A DNA stretch of 64,000 nucleotides from Candidatus Berkelbacteria bacterium RIFCSPLOWO2_01_FULL_50_28. GTDB lineage: Bacteria > Patescibacteriota > UBA1384 > 2-12-FULL-50-11. Both the position numbers and the translations under genes were made by a program. The first letter of the stretch is position 1, and each line of letters begins with the position of its first letter. Where the stretch lies: positions 96,753-160,752 of the forward strand of contig MEZX01000002.1 in the NCBI GenBank assembly GCA_001774395.1, written 5' to 3'. Below, one piece after another: positions 1 to 9,751 of this stretch. The notes beneath the pieces were generated by a model. That model saw nothing but the letters and a program-made list of their open reading frames with translations, was not told where the DNA came from and made no database searches.

Positions 1-2
1 AA

Positions 3-965
3 GGGGTTCGACAGGCTGCGGGAAAAGCCGCCCAACAAGCAGCTAAGGCGGCTACTCGGGCGGCTATGGCTGCGGCAAGAGCAGTCGGAGCGCTTATCTC
101 GTCCGGCCCGGTTGGATGGATAATTCTCGCCATCCTGATCATTATTATTCTGGTTTTTATTCTCATAGCGATCCCATCGTTTAGCGGCATATTTGGTGGC
201 GGGCCTGGATCTTACCCAACCACCCAGGTCCAGAAAGAGCAGGCAACACTACTGGCGGCGCTAGCCGGTGATCGTATCTCGAAAAACGAAGTTGTTTTAG
301 AAGTGGTTAAGGATGAGAAAGAGCGCTACGGCCGCATCGAGTCCAACGCCACAAAATATGACCCTAGCTTGAGTGCTTCCATCACGGCCAAGAAAGTTGA
401 ATTTAGCAAGCTACTCGATTCGATGATGGCCGAAACTAATCTCGACCGCAAAAAGGCCGCCGTCAAAGACATTCAGGCGAAAATGATCTTGTTTGAAAAC
501 ACCCTGCCGTTTGGGAGATGGATTTTTAGCATCGCCAGCGCCAGTGTCGATCAGCCAAGCGGCAATTTTTGTCGAGTGACAAAGGTTGCCGGCACCCTAG
601 CCTGCGCCTCATTCGTCTCAACTGTTTTGTCTGACGCCGGCGTACCCAACTCGATCGTTGCTACTACTGAAGCCGTTTGGGAGATCGCCGGGTTGCGAAC
701 GGTCGTGAACCGCCCAGACACCAAAAGCGACTCGCTGTTCGATAAAAGCAAAGGGGCTTTACGTCCAGGGGACATTATCTGGTGGGGCGATGGGAACTGT
801 AGCTCGGTCAAACGAGCCACCAAAATATTTGATCACGTCGGTTTTTACATTGGAGACGGCATGTCGATTGATAATAGTTCCGAATTGGAGAAAGTGGCAA
901 AACGCCATGTAACCGGCCGTGATTGTTGGGCATTTAACGGAGCCAAGAGATATGGTAGCGACTAA
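3..965 (+). CDS. Membrane-anchored NlpC/P60-family cysteine peptidase (5' partial; frame is open to the window edge)
   Basis: Ala-rich region, TM helix (GWIILAILIIIILV), then C-terminal LACASFVSTVL ... LRPGDIIWW ... DHVGFYIGDG motifs (catalytic Cys/His of NlpC/P60). Confidence 0.75.
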   Translation, partial: GVRQAAGKAAQQAAKAATRAAMAAARAVGALISSGPVGWIILAILIIIILVFILIAIPSFSGIFGGGPGSYPTTQVQKEQATLLAALAGDRISKNEVVLEVVKDEKERYGRIESNATKYDPSLSASITAKKVEFSKLLDSMMAETNLDRKKAAVKDIQAKMILFENTLPFGRWIFSIASASVDQPSGNFCRVTKVAGTLACASFVSTVLSDAGVPNSIVATTEAVWEIAGLRTVVNRPDTKSDSLFDKSKGALRPGDIIWWGDGNCSSVKRATKIFDHVGFYIGDGMSIDNSSELEKVAKRHVTGRDCWAFNGAKRYGSD

Positions 966-3900
966 CCGTCGAGGGCTCTTGGTATTACTGGCGACCCTGA
1001 TTGCCGTTTCACCGTTAATGCTCTCTGTTGCTTTTACCACGCCCGTTAAGGCGGTCGCCAGTTCTGTATCGTGGACGGACGGCGCTAACGGCTCACCGGA
1101 GGATATGCTTGGAAACCCCAACTACTACCAGGTCGCCAGCTCTTTAACCACCCTTGGAGCAGTGCTCTCCACCCGCGACAAGCTAGTGATATCGCCGCAG
1201 GACATGAATTACATCAAAGACGGAAAAGTGGACGTGCGCACCACTGATTACCTGATCTACCTAGTAACACCTGTTGAACTGGGCGGCGCTGGATTCGACC
1301 ACATCAAAGCCGGGCGGCTACTTAAAAACTACGACAGCGAGGGCGTTGGCAAATACGACCGCGAGACACTGGCCGCGGTGGAAGAGGACCAGAGCTTTGT
1401 CTCAACCCATAACCGCGGCACGGCGGTTGATGTTACTCAAGTTGGCTCAATTACCTGCAAACTAATCGAAAAAAGACACGTCGGTGGCAATACTACAAAG
1501 TGGCAAGCGCCCCGTAACATCGAGGTTGCCTGGCAGTCAACGGCCGGCATCGCTCGTCATCCCACACCGAAAGGTCCCAGTTTGGTGGAGATTGCCGGCG
1601 GTCTTACCGCCCAGGGCTGGTTGCGGCTCCTTAACGATTCCGGACAGCTGGACGAGGTGGCGGACTTTGTTAAGGGGCTGGACTTCAACAGTATCGTTGC
1701 CTATGTAGGGGCAAACATTCTTATCAAGCACTACGGCGCTGGTGACGTGACTTCCGATCCGCTAGCCAACGGCTTAATCGCAACGATCGGCGCCTCGGTT
1801 CTGCAGAAATCTATTCCCGATCTGCCAGCCGGTTTTGGAATTGCCTCGCGCGACGACGACATCCGCGTGGCTATGGTTAAGGCGCGGCTTGAAGAAACAC
1901 TAAACTTGCCGCCCGGGTCGCTTCGTGGCTGGGGTTGGAACGAGCTACTTAAGAGCACCGGCAAGCGTAACCTCGAGGGAGCGTTAAGCCTGCCTGCCCT
2001 ATTTCTCGAATCGCACGATCTAGCCCAACTCAACTCCTCCGCCAAGAACAACGGGGCAGTTAAGATGCTGAAGCGCAACGACGACGCGTTTAATGTGCCG
2101 CGCGGCTCCTTAGAAAAGATTCGCGCCAACGACGAGGATGGCTTGAAGTTGGCCGGGGTAAATATCCTCGCCGATGCCTTGCGCCTAACCGACGTCCAGA
2201 AGAGCGAGTTGTTGAAGATTGCTCAGAATAAACCGGGGCATGTTGACCTAACGGCCGTGCCGCTCGACGACAAAATTACCCCGACAGATCTACAGCTACT
2301 CTTCTCCCCCAAAGACTCCGACCATCAAGAAGTAGCCGGTAAATTCAAACAGCTCGGTCTCCAGATGTTGCAAGAGGCGATCAAGAAAGCGACTCCCAAC
2401 CAGTATCTCGGCGTTACAACTGACCTACTGAATAAGTTGGCTTACGGACAGCAAGATATGTTGCTCGGCAAGGTCACCGACGATATCGGGGCCAAAAAGA
2501 TTGCTGCCGACTCTGGGATAAAGGTTGAAGATTCTAAGAAGATCACTAGCGGCAAAGATAGCCCCTTGGCCAGCCAGATCGCCAAGTACATTAACGACGA
2601 GTTTCGTCTCTCGGGCAACGGCGCGGTAAATGCCGAGGAAACCAACGGCGTTCTAAAAGGTAGCAACTTCAAGGTTTTCGAGCGCCTCGGCGGAGCGCAG
2701 ATCGACAAAGCGTTGGATTTCAACTCTGGTACCAGCTTCGAGATCATTAGCGGCAAGAAGGATCTTGGCGATGGCTTGAAAGAAGCCTTTGCTCGCTCGA
2801 TCGGCTCAATTGTGGGTATTGATCGTGACTACCCATTGGACTTGAACGGTAACTTACAGCGCAACTACGGCACAGCCATCATTGAGTCCCGACTCGGTTT
2901 AACGAAGGGTCGGCTGAGCAGTATGAGTAGTGAAGAGAAAGTAACGTTTTTTGGCGGCAACAAAGATTCCTGGCAGTATAGCGATGTGCGCCTCGGTCTA
3001 CCTGCCGGCAGCTCGCAAGCGTTCTTTGAAGGTAAAATCACCGCCGACCAGCTAGCCGACAAGGCGGCCAACAACAACATCAAAGAAATCGCCGTCGATC
3101 AAATTTGGAATTTTTTCGATACTTCCGGTAAGTACAAAGTTGGCGACAGCGACGCCAAGGAGATTATTGAAACATTTAGTGACTGGTCGGCGAAAGAGCC
3201 GGCAGACCGCGACAAAGCGATTGCTCTAGCGCTGAAGATCGCCGGACGAAGCTTCGACCAAAAAGCCTCCTTTGCGATTGACTTTGTACGTGGCATTTCC
3301 GACGGCGGCCAAGACGAACAGAATACTAAACGAGTGATCAAAGAGGGCGTTCGGTTACTTTTCGAGGCGATGGGGATTAACGAGAAGTTCGGAGGCTCTC
3401 AGTCGCCAGACAAAATGGCCGAACTTTTGCTGAAAACCTACCAAGACACTTCCTTTAATCCAGCCGGTTCGAGCGGTAACCCCGAGATCGGCGGAATTCC
3501 CCAAGGACGACTGGAAGATTTCATCAGTAAAGCCACCGGCATCCCGAAAGAGTTCATGCCTGATATACGGGCTTTTATCGGTGGCGATTACCGCTTAGCT
3601 ATCAACCACTGGTCTGGAGCGATGTGGACCGATTTTGCCAATAGGTTCCTGCCTGAAGACAACGTTCTTAAATACGAAGATATTCGCAACTCAGTTATTA
3701 TGGACAACCAGACGTTGATCGATCAGGAAGCGTTCCGCCTTTATACTGTTGCCCAGGAAGAGCTTGGCGCCACCTATAACCTAGAAAACTTCAACCTTCT
3801 CAGCTACGACCAGCAGCAAGAGTTCCGCGCCCAAGCGCGTAAGCAACTGATGCAGCGCTTTGACGCCGAAGCCCGTTACAAGATTTCTGATGCCTTTTTG

Positions 3901-5334
3901 AATCAGTCGCTATACGACAAAAAGATCGTTGTGCCGAAAGATTTCTCCAAGATTATGTTTACCGGCACCGACAAACAGCGCGGCGAGCTTCTAACCGATT
4001 TCGCCATTGCCAATCTTGATGTAGCCCTAACCGAAGTCATACCTGGGTACAAGGCAGGGACATTGCAGTTGATGTTCGATGGCGACCTAACGGATACCGA
4101 GAAAAAGGCGATATTACTGAACCAAATATACAGCTACGGCGCCCAGCTGGCCGGATCGTCATTCAACAGTATCACTGGGCTCGGTGAGGACTTTTTGGGA
4201 GACTTTGCGACATTTGTGGTCTCTGGTGGAAAGAGCAACTTCTACACTGACCCGAAGTACGAGTCGATGTGGAGCTCTCTGGACGGTTGGCTGACGAGTA
4301 ATATAGGGATCGACGGTCTGCCAGTGGGAATATCGAAGTCAATTTACCTGGCGTTTAACGGTAAGTTTGATGCTGGTCGCAGCCTCAAAGGGGCGAACGG
4401 ACAGATCATCGTACCGTCACTCAATAGCCTCGGGCGAGACTTTCTAACTAACCGCGTTACCCAGTGGGCCGACGACGCTCTGGGAATGCCGGCTGGCACC
4501 GTCTATCAGTTGTACCAAGCAACAGTTGCTGTTATCCGGGCCTCCGAAGCGCTTTCGGCAATTCAGGCCGCGGCACCGGCGCTCAACTTAGTTGGTGTCT
4601 CCGCCGACCAGCTCACCGCCGCCGCTCGGGGTAATCTGCAGGCCGCCCAGAATCAACTCGTTTACCTTGCTATCACCACCGCTTTGAATGCCTGCGCCGC
4701 TTGCCAGGAGTTCTTCGGTTCAGTCGATCAGGCACTCGCCGCTCCCCCGGGTTTCACCAACGCCGCCGTCGCCGGTGCGATCGCCAACTCGCTTGGTATG
4801 GGCCCGATCGGGCTCTACATTGCCGCCGCAATATACTTGTTTGGCGTTTACGACGTTGACTACCGCTGTCCGGTGCCGCCGAACGAGCGCTACGCCTACA
4901 CCCAGTTCGACGAAAAGCCAGACCAAATCGTCTACAAGTGGGGTAGCTACTACAACGACCCCGCAGTTACGGTGAAGTCTAACCCCAAACTAGGGAACAA
5001 ATACTTGGGTAAATTTGACGAAAACCCGTTTGATTGGGACAACAGTGTGCCGTTTAGCGACGGGAACGATTCCAACCTCTGGATGTACTGGTCGCGCTAT
5101 TTCACTGGACGATTGCTTGAAGCAACGCTGGCCTATACCGCCGGTAAGGATAGTCGTGATAAACCAAACCAGATAATTACTTTTCGCCAGGCTAATGTGG
5201 AGTTCTTCGGCACTACCGCCGCGGCCGCTTTTGGTAGCAAAGGAAAAGATAACGAACGCGTGGGGCTTGGATTCTCGCAGAAGTCGACTAAAACCACCGA
5301 TTGGGTTCACATTGGGTTTGGAGGGTACTTCTAG
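952..5334 (+). CDS. Very large secreted protein (~1460 aa) with helical repeats and split M15/DD-peptidase-like Zn motifs
   Basis: Signal peptide MVATNRRGLLVLLATLIAV...VKA; STHNRGTAVD (HxxxxxxD) near N-terminus; PNQII...DWVHIGF at C-terminus; recurring [DE]xxLGLPxG[ST]-like motif. Confidence 0.7.
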   Translation: MVATNRRGLLVLLATLIAVSPLMLSVAFTTPVKAVASSVSWTDGANGSPEDMLGNPNYYQVASSLTTLGAVLSTRDKLVISPQDMNYIKDGKVDVRTTDYLIYLVTPVELGGAGFDHIKAGRLLKNYDSEGVGKYDRETLAAVEEDQSFVSTHNRGTAVDVTQVGSITCKLIEKRHVGGNTTKWQAPRNIEVAWQSTAGIARHPTPKGPSLVEIAGGLTAQGWLRLLNDSGQLDEVADFVKGLDFNSIVAYVGANILIKHYGAGDVTSDPLANGLIATIGASVLQKSIPDLPAGFGIASRDDDIRVAMVKARLEETLNLPPGSLRGWGWNELLKSTGKRNLEGALSLPALFLESHDLAQLNSSAKNNGAVKMLKRNDDAFNVPRGSLEKIRANDEDGLKLAGVNILADALRLTDVQKSELLKIAQNKPGHVDLTAVPLDDKITPTDLQLLFSPKDSDHQEVAGKFKQLGLQMLQEAIKKATPNQYLGVTTDLLNKLAYGQQDMLLGKVTDDIGAKKIAADSGIKVEDSKKITSGKDSPLASQIAKYINDEFRLSGNGAVNAEETNGVLKGSNFKVFERLGGAQIDKALDFNSGTSFEIISGKKDLGDGLKEAFARSIGSIVGIDRDYPLDLNGNLQRNYGTAIIESRLGLTKGRLSSMSSEEKVTFFGGNKDSWQYSDVRLGLPAGSSQAFFEGKITADQLADKAANNNIKEIAVDQIWNFFDTSGKYKVGDSDAKEIIETFSDWSAKEPADRDKAIALALKIAGRSFDQKASFAIDFVRGISDGGQDEQNTKRVIKEGVRLLFEAMGINEKFGGSQSPDKMAELLLKTYQDTSFNPAGSSGNPEIGGIPQGRLEDFISKATGIPKEFMPDIRAFIGGDYRLAINHWSGAMWTDFANRFLPEDNVLKYEDIRNSVIMDNQTLIDQEAFRLYTVAQEELGATYNLENFNLLSYDQQQEFRAQARKQLMQRFDAEARYKISDAFLNQSLYDKKIVVPKDFSKIMFTGTDKQRGELLTDFAIANLDVALTEVIPGYKAGTLQLMFDGDLTDTEKKAILLNQIYSYGAQLAGSSFNSITGLGEDFLGDFATFVVSGGKSNFYTDPKYESMWSSLDGWLTSNIGIDGLPVGISKSIYLAFNGKFDAGRSLKGANGQIIVPSLNSLGRDFLTNRVTQWADDALGMPAGTVYQLYQATVAVIRASEALSAIQAAAPALNLVGVSADQLTAAARGNLQAAQNQLVYLAITTALNACAACQEFFGSVDQALAAPPGFTNAAVAGAIANSLGMGPIGLYIAAAIYLFGVYDVDYRCPVPPNERYAYTQFDEKPDQIVYKWGSYYNDPAVTVKSNPKLGNKYLGKFDENPFDWDNSVPFSDGNDSNLWMYWSRYFTGRLLEATLAYTAGKDSRDKPNQIITFRQANVEFFGTTAAAAFGSKGKDNERVGLGFSQKSTKTTDWVHIGFGGYF

Positions 5335-6522
5335 ATGCGGCGCGGAGGGGCCTTGTGGCTAATTGTCATCGTTATATTTATCGTCCTGACGCTGGTGGCA
5401 GTGGTCCTGCCGTTTGCGGCTTTTGTCGGCATTGGCGCCAGCGGCCCCATTGCGCAAGCAACTGGCGCAGGCGGTAGCGGGCTAGGATGTTTTGTTGCCG
5501 ACCAGGAATTCTCTAATATATCTGTCGCTAACAATCCCGACGAAATCGTCGTCAAACTGGGCGCTAAGTATCCCGCCGCGAAACTGAACGCCGCTTATAT
5601 TAAACAAGTCCTCGAGAGAGGTAAGAAGGAAGGACTCAACCCCCTTATACCGCTGGCTATTTGGAACGGCGAACAGAACTTCAAGAACCCCGAGAAGGCT
5701 TTTGGATACGGCTATCGTGACTCCGGAACCGACAAAGGAGTATCAAATTGGGACGCGCAGTTGAACGGCGTTTACCGCTCGACCCGTTTGGCGACGCAGT
5801 CTCAGGACCCTTACGACAGCCCTTCCGGAACAAATTCATTCACTCGACTTTTCTACCACTACACTACGGCCATGAAAGTAATCTACGAGAACAGCGGTAA
5901 CTCTTGGGACGAGGAAGCCACCTATAAGGACGGTAGTAAGCCTCTAAAGAATCGCCTTGCCGTAATTCGCTTGCTCGCTCCCAGCCAAGTTACCTGTCAA
6001 TCCGTACTGGTCTCTGGTGTGAGCTCCGGGCAAGGGAACGACGGCGTGCCGCTTTTCAAGCAAGGTGATTACAAAAACATCGATTACGCCCCTGGCAATA
6101 GTATCGCCGCATCCGGCTGTTGCACAACTGCTGCTGCGATGATTCTGCGATTTTATGGCAAGCTCGACGCCGATCCAATCTCAATCTCGAAATTCTCCTA
6201 CCAAAATGGAGCCTATGTAGCAGGTAAGGGGACAGATCACGCCAAGTTAGTGCCACTGCTGGCTAAAAAATACAGCCTGAACTACGAAGTTCTGGGAAAC
6301 GACTGGAGCAGAGCGCTAACTCACCTCACTAACAACCATCCGCTCTTAGCGGCAGGGAAGGGCGCCCTACCGTACACTTCAGGCGGTCACTGCATCGTGA
6401 TAACTGGGTATAACGCCAAAACCGGCGAGCTCCGTATTAATAACCCGGCCAAAGGTGACGGACCGTATCCGTTAAGCCAAATTAAGTCCGAGACACATGC
6501 GCTATACTTTTTGGGACGATGA
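5335..6522 (+). CDS. Secreted/membrane-anchored protein with lysozyme-like N-domain and C39-like peptidase C-domain
   Basis: N-terminal TM; GLNPLIPLAIWNGEQNF (lysozyme-like helix); VPLFKQ..SGCCTTAAAMIL..GGHCIVITGY..INNP (Peptidase_C39-like Q/C/H pattern). Confidence 0.75.
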   Translation: MRRGGALWLIVIVIFIVLTLVAVVLPFAAFVGIGASGPIAQATGAGGSGLGCFVADQEFSNISVANNPDEIVVKLGAKYPAAKLNAAYIKQVLERGKKEGLNPLIPLAIWNGEQNFKNPEKAFGYGYRDSGTDKGVSNWDAQLNGVYRSTRLATQSQDPYDSPSGTNSFTRLFYHYTTAMKVIYENSGNSWDEEATYKDGSKPLKNRLAVIRLLAPSQVTCQSVLVSGVSSGQGNDGVPLFKQGDYKNIDYAPGNSIAASGCCTTAAAMILRFYGKLDADPISISKFSYQNGAYVAGKGTDHAKLVPLLAKKYSLNYEVLGNDWSRALTHLTNNHPLLAAGKGALPYTSGGHCIVITGYNAKTGELRINNPAKGDGPYPLSQIKSETHALYFLGR

Positions 6523-7112
6523 GTAAGAAACTAATATTTGTCATTGGTGGGCTGGTAGCCATTGGGGCACTGCTGTTTGCTTGGTTCTCTCAACGTGGCA
6601 CCCTAGAGGTTGTCCTCGGCCAAGAAAGTAAGATCAAAAATGGTGTTGAGTTCAGCCTGAGTAATGACAAATTCCGTCAAACTCGCACTCTTCCCGCCAC
6701 CTTAAAAATGTCACCAGGAAAATACACCTTGTACGCCTACGGTAAAGACAGTGACGTCTTTCGTCGCGAGTTTTCGATAGTCGCCGGCGATAAAACATCG
6801 ATCGAAGTACTATTGGGGAACAACCCCAACCAAGCCCTAATAGACTCGACGACCGATTTTAATAACGCCGAGAGTATCCCGTACTACACACTCTTCCCTT
6901 ATGATGGTGGGGATTTTGCAATTGAAGCAACTCCAGACTTTGGTGACAAGCGCATTTCGAAAATAACCATTACCGTGTTTCACCGCTTCGCTCCACCAAG
7001 TGATGCAGAGATGTACACCTCCGAGCGTGATATTGGCGTTAAGGCCGCTAAGAAGTGGCTACAAAAAAACCAGGTGCCTTCGAGCATCCCAATCGAGATC
7101 ATCGACAACTAG
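6519..7112 (+). CDS. Membrane-anchored hypothetical protein with PEGA-like beta domain
   Basis: N-terminal TM, GTLEV...TLPATLKMSPGKYTL pattern; ATGA overlap with upstream gene. Confidence 0.55.
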   Translation: MSKKLIFVIGGLVAIGALLFAWFSQRGTLEVVLGQESKIKNGVEFSLSNDKFRQTRTLPATLKMSPGKYTLYAYGKDSDVFRREFSIVAGDKTSIEVLLGNNPNQALIDSTTDFNNAESIPYYTLFPYDGGDFAIEATPDFGDKRISKITITVFHRFAPPSDAEMYTSERDIGVKAAKKWLQKNQVPSSIPIEIIDN

Positions 7113-7390
7113 CCTCGACCGCGCTCAACCGAAATCCGCAGCTTTCTTGGTGAAGTTTTACCGCCCACAACCAATCCGACAATTGCGTAAATTTTTGGCT
7201 TTAGAAGGCTCAGTTTGAACGCCCCCTGCTCAGACTCGCAGTTAATCACAATATCCTTGGGCCGAATAACAACTCTTACCTTTAAGCCAAACTTCTCAAG
7301 TATTTTGGTTTGAATTTGCTGCGCTTGATAGATGCGCTTCAGCGGCCCTGAGTCTGGTTGGTGCAAGATACTCTTTAGAGACTCAAGCAT
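7109..7390 (-). CDS. Putative DciA (DUF721) helicase-loader-like protein
   Basis: 93 aa basic protein overlapping the end of recF, the conserved position of DUF721/dciA; sequence only loosely recognisable. Confidence 0.5.
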   Translation of the reverse strand: MLESLKSILHQPDSGPLKRIYQAQQIQTKILEKFGLKVRVVIRPKDIVINCESEQGAFKLSLLKPKIYAIVGLVVGGKTSPRKLRISVERGRG

Positions 7391-8432
7391 TACGGCTCGG
7401 ATTATTTAAGTTAATTAGGTCGTACCCCTTAAGAGCTGTCTGCTCTACTTTGGTTAGAATCACTTGAAAACCGGGGTTAAAGAGCCCCAACGCCGCTTGG
7501 CCGTTCTTTTCGTCTAGCTCGGAGAACAGATCATCCAGCAGTACGAGCGGTTCGCGACCAAGTGAGCTAGCAACAAAGTCCGCCTCCGCCGCCTTCAAAG
7601 CCAACACCAGCAGCCTGGCCTGACCGCGCGAGCTGAATCGGCGCGCCGGCCGATCGTTGAAGTAAAAAATAACCTCGTCACGATGCGGTCCGAACAGATT
7701 CTGGCTAGCTTTTATCTCCTGTTCTTGTAGCGCCGCTATATCTTCGTCACTGAAGTCGTACTTCAACCCAAAAGATCCCGGAATTATCTTGTGCTTCTCA
7801 GTAAGCCACTCCCCGATAAAAGTCGTCAGCTCGCTGCGCTTTTCTCTAACTGTTCCCGTTAATCGCACCAGCAGTTCGTTCCATGGCCCAAGCTCGTCTC
7901 GCCCAGCCCGGCCGATTTTGATGGAAAAAAGTAGTGCCGATCTCTCGCGCAGTACTTTTTGCAGTTCAAGGTAGTCGTAACGAAACTGCTTATCTATTTG
8001 AAAGAGGACGCCGTCAAGATAGCGGCGGCGGCGCTCCGGCGCTCCGAGCACGATATCTAAATCACTAGGGAGAAACAGAACTGTTGGCAGGGTACCAATA
8101 AAGTCCAGCCATTCGGTTCGGTTACCATTTACAGCCAGGTGTCGTTCGTTTACTTGGGCCCCAGGGAACGGAGAGCCAAAGAAAAGTTCGACCTCCGTCT
8201 CTTTACCATCTTGCTGGATAGTCGCTGAAAGCCGAAAACTGTCTCGCTCAAACATAACAGCTTCCGAAAAAGACACCCCATGCAAACTCTTACCAATAGA
8301 TAACAGGCGGATCGCTTCCAGCAGGCTGGTCTTGCCGCTACCGTTATCGCCCGAAACAACAGTTTTCTTACCTAATCCATACTCGGCCTCGGTAAAGTTG
8401 CGAAATCGCTCTAGGCGCAATTTCTGCAGCAT
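7383..8432 (-). CDS. recF: DNA replication and repair protein RecF
   Basis: FRNF, GDNGSGKTSLLEAI Walker A, GPHRD, SRGQ, LLDDLFSELD. Confidence 0.96.
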   Translation of the reverse strand: MLQKLRLERFRNFTEAEYGLGKKTVVSGDNGSGKTSLLEAIRLLSIGKSLHGVSFSEAVMFERDSFRLSATIQQDGKETEVELFFGSPFPGAQVNERHLAVNGNRTEWLDFIGTLPTVLFLPSDLDIVLGAPERRRRYLDGVLFQIDKQFRYDYLELQKVLRERSALLFSIKIGRAGRDELGPWNELLVRLTGTVREKRSELTTFIGEWLTEKHKIIPGSFGLKYDFSDEDIAALQEQEIKASQNLFGPHRDEVIFYFNDRPARRFSSRGQARLLVLALKAAEADFVASSLGREPLVLLDDLFSELDEKNGQAALGLFNPGFQVILTKVEQTALKGYDLINLNNPSRNA

Positions 8433-9521
8433 CTAGTCGCTGCGTAACGGCATCAACAAGTAAAGCATCTTCTCCCCACCTGTCGGACGAACAACTATCG
8501 GGCTCTTAGCGTCATTTAGGCCGATCTGGACGTCCCCAGAGAGAACCGCCAGGGCATCGATTAGATACTGGGCATTAATCGAAACTATTACCTCGCTCTC
8601 AACTTTCTCCGTTAACGGAATTTCGTTAGTGTTCTCCCCTAATTGAGTTGAAACTGCTGTGATTGTTATCTTGTTATCTTTAAAAAGAATCTTTGTGCTG
8701 TAGGCCGAGTCGCGCGAGAAGAGGCTTGCCATACGAAGCCCTTGAAGTAACGAGCTCGAGGCAACGGTTAGGGTGGTGGGGGTTTTCTTGGGGATAATCG
8801 CCTCATAAGCTGGGTAGCTACCATCAAGAACTCTGCTCGTTAGACGAGTATCGCCAACAACAAACTTTACCTGATTGGTGGAGGCAGACATTGTAATCGT
8901 GTCAGACCCGTCCAGTTTAGAGAGCTCCGCCATCGTTCGGCGAGGAAGGATGAAATCACCCTCAGTCTCTTGATTTAGAGCAATCTCGCAGCTGGCCAGA
9001 CGATAGCCATCCGTACCGACAACGACCAGGTTCTTACCCTTGAATCGCCAGAGTAAACTGTTCAAAATCGGTCGGGAATCGTCCTGAGCGCTGGCGATAA
9101 TGCAGCGGCTAATTGCCTCCACGATTTTACTAGTCGGAAGCTCGACAGAACTCTCCCCTTTTGCCTGGGGAACGCTCGGATACTCCTCGGCTGGTAATCC
9201 TTTTATCTGAGCTTTGTGGTTCAGGGAGGATATCTTTAATGTGGTGTCGTCACCCTCTATAAGGATCTCTTTATCGGCATTACTTTGTAAATAATCCCCA
9301 AAAAGACGAGCTGGGACGGTGAGCTTTCCAACTTCTTCTCCGTCACCAACAACCTCAGTTTCTATGGTTTGTTCTAAGTTTGTGGCTTGAACCACCAATT
9401 TGGTCTTACTGGCAATCAGCAGGATATTTTGAAGTATCGGTAATGTTGACCGATTGGAGGTTAGTCGTCCGGCAATGCCAACTGCCTTAGCTAAGTTTTC
9501 GCGCGTGGTTCTAAATTTCAT
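8433..9521 (-). CDS. dnaN: DNA polymerase III beta sliding clamp
   Basis: TLPILQNIL, ATNLE, GTDGYRL, YLLMPLR C-terminus; follows dnaA. Confidence 0.97.
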   Translation of the reverse strand: MKFRTTRENLAKAVGIAGRLTSNRSTLPILQNILLIASKTKLVVQATNLEQTIETEVVGDGEEVGKLTVPARLFGDYLQSNADKEILIEGDDTTLKISSLNHKAQIKGLPAEEYPSVPQAKGESSVELPTSKIVEAISRCIIASAQDDSRPILNSLLWRFKGKNLVVVGTDGYRLASCEIALNQETEGDFILPRRTMAELSKLDGSDTITMSASTNQVKFVVGDTRLTSRVLDGSYPAYEAIIPKKTPTTLTVASSSLLQGLRMASLFSRDSAYSTKILFKDNKITITAVSTQLGENTNEIPLTEKVESEVIVSINAQYLIDALAVLSGDVQIGLNDAKSPIVVRPTGGEKMLYLLMPLRSD

Positions 9522-9539
9522 TTTGTGTCTTAGTGGGTT

Positions 9540-9751
9540 GGTGAATATATATTTTATTTAGTTTACCTAAACAGTATTTGTAATTAGCGTTGGGGATTTG
9601 TGGGTTGTATGGTTTCATCTCTGTGTAGAAAAACTTACATCCTGTGGAAAAGTTGTGCAAATCCTGTGGAGTACCAAACGAACCAGTTGTACCGACAGTA
9701 CTTACTTTTTGCGTCCCCTTCTGGTTGGTAGTTTTCCACATGATATCCACT
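9540..9751. other. Probable oriC (dnaA-dnaN intergenic region)
   Basis: DnaA boxes TGTGGAAAA 9643-9651 and TTTTCCACA 9732-9740 (match TTWTNCACA), near-matches at 9622, 9654, 9665, 9743; AT-rich putative unwinding element 9544-9586. Confidence 0.8.
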
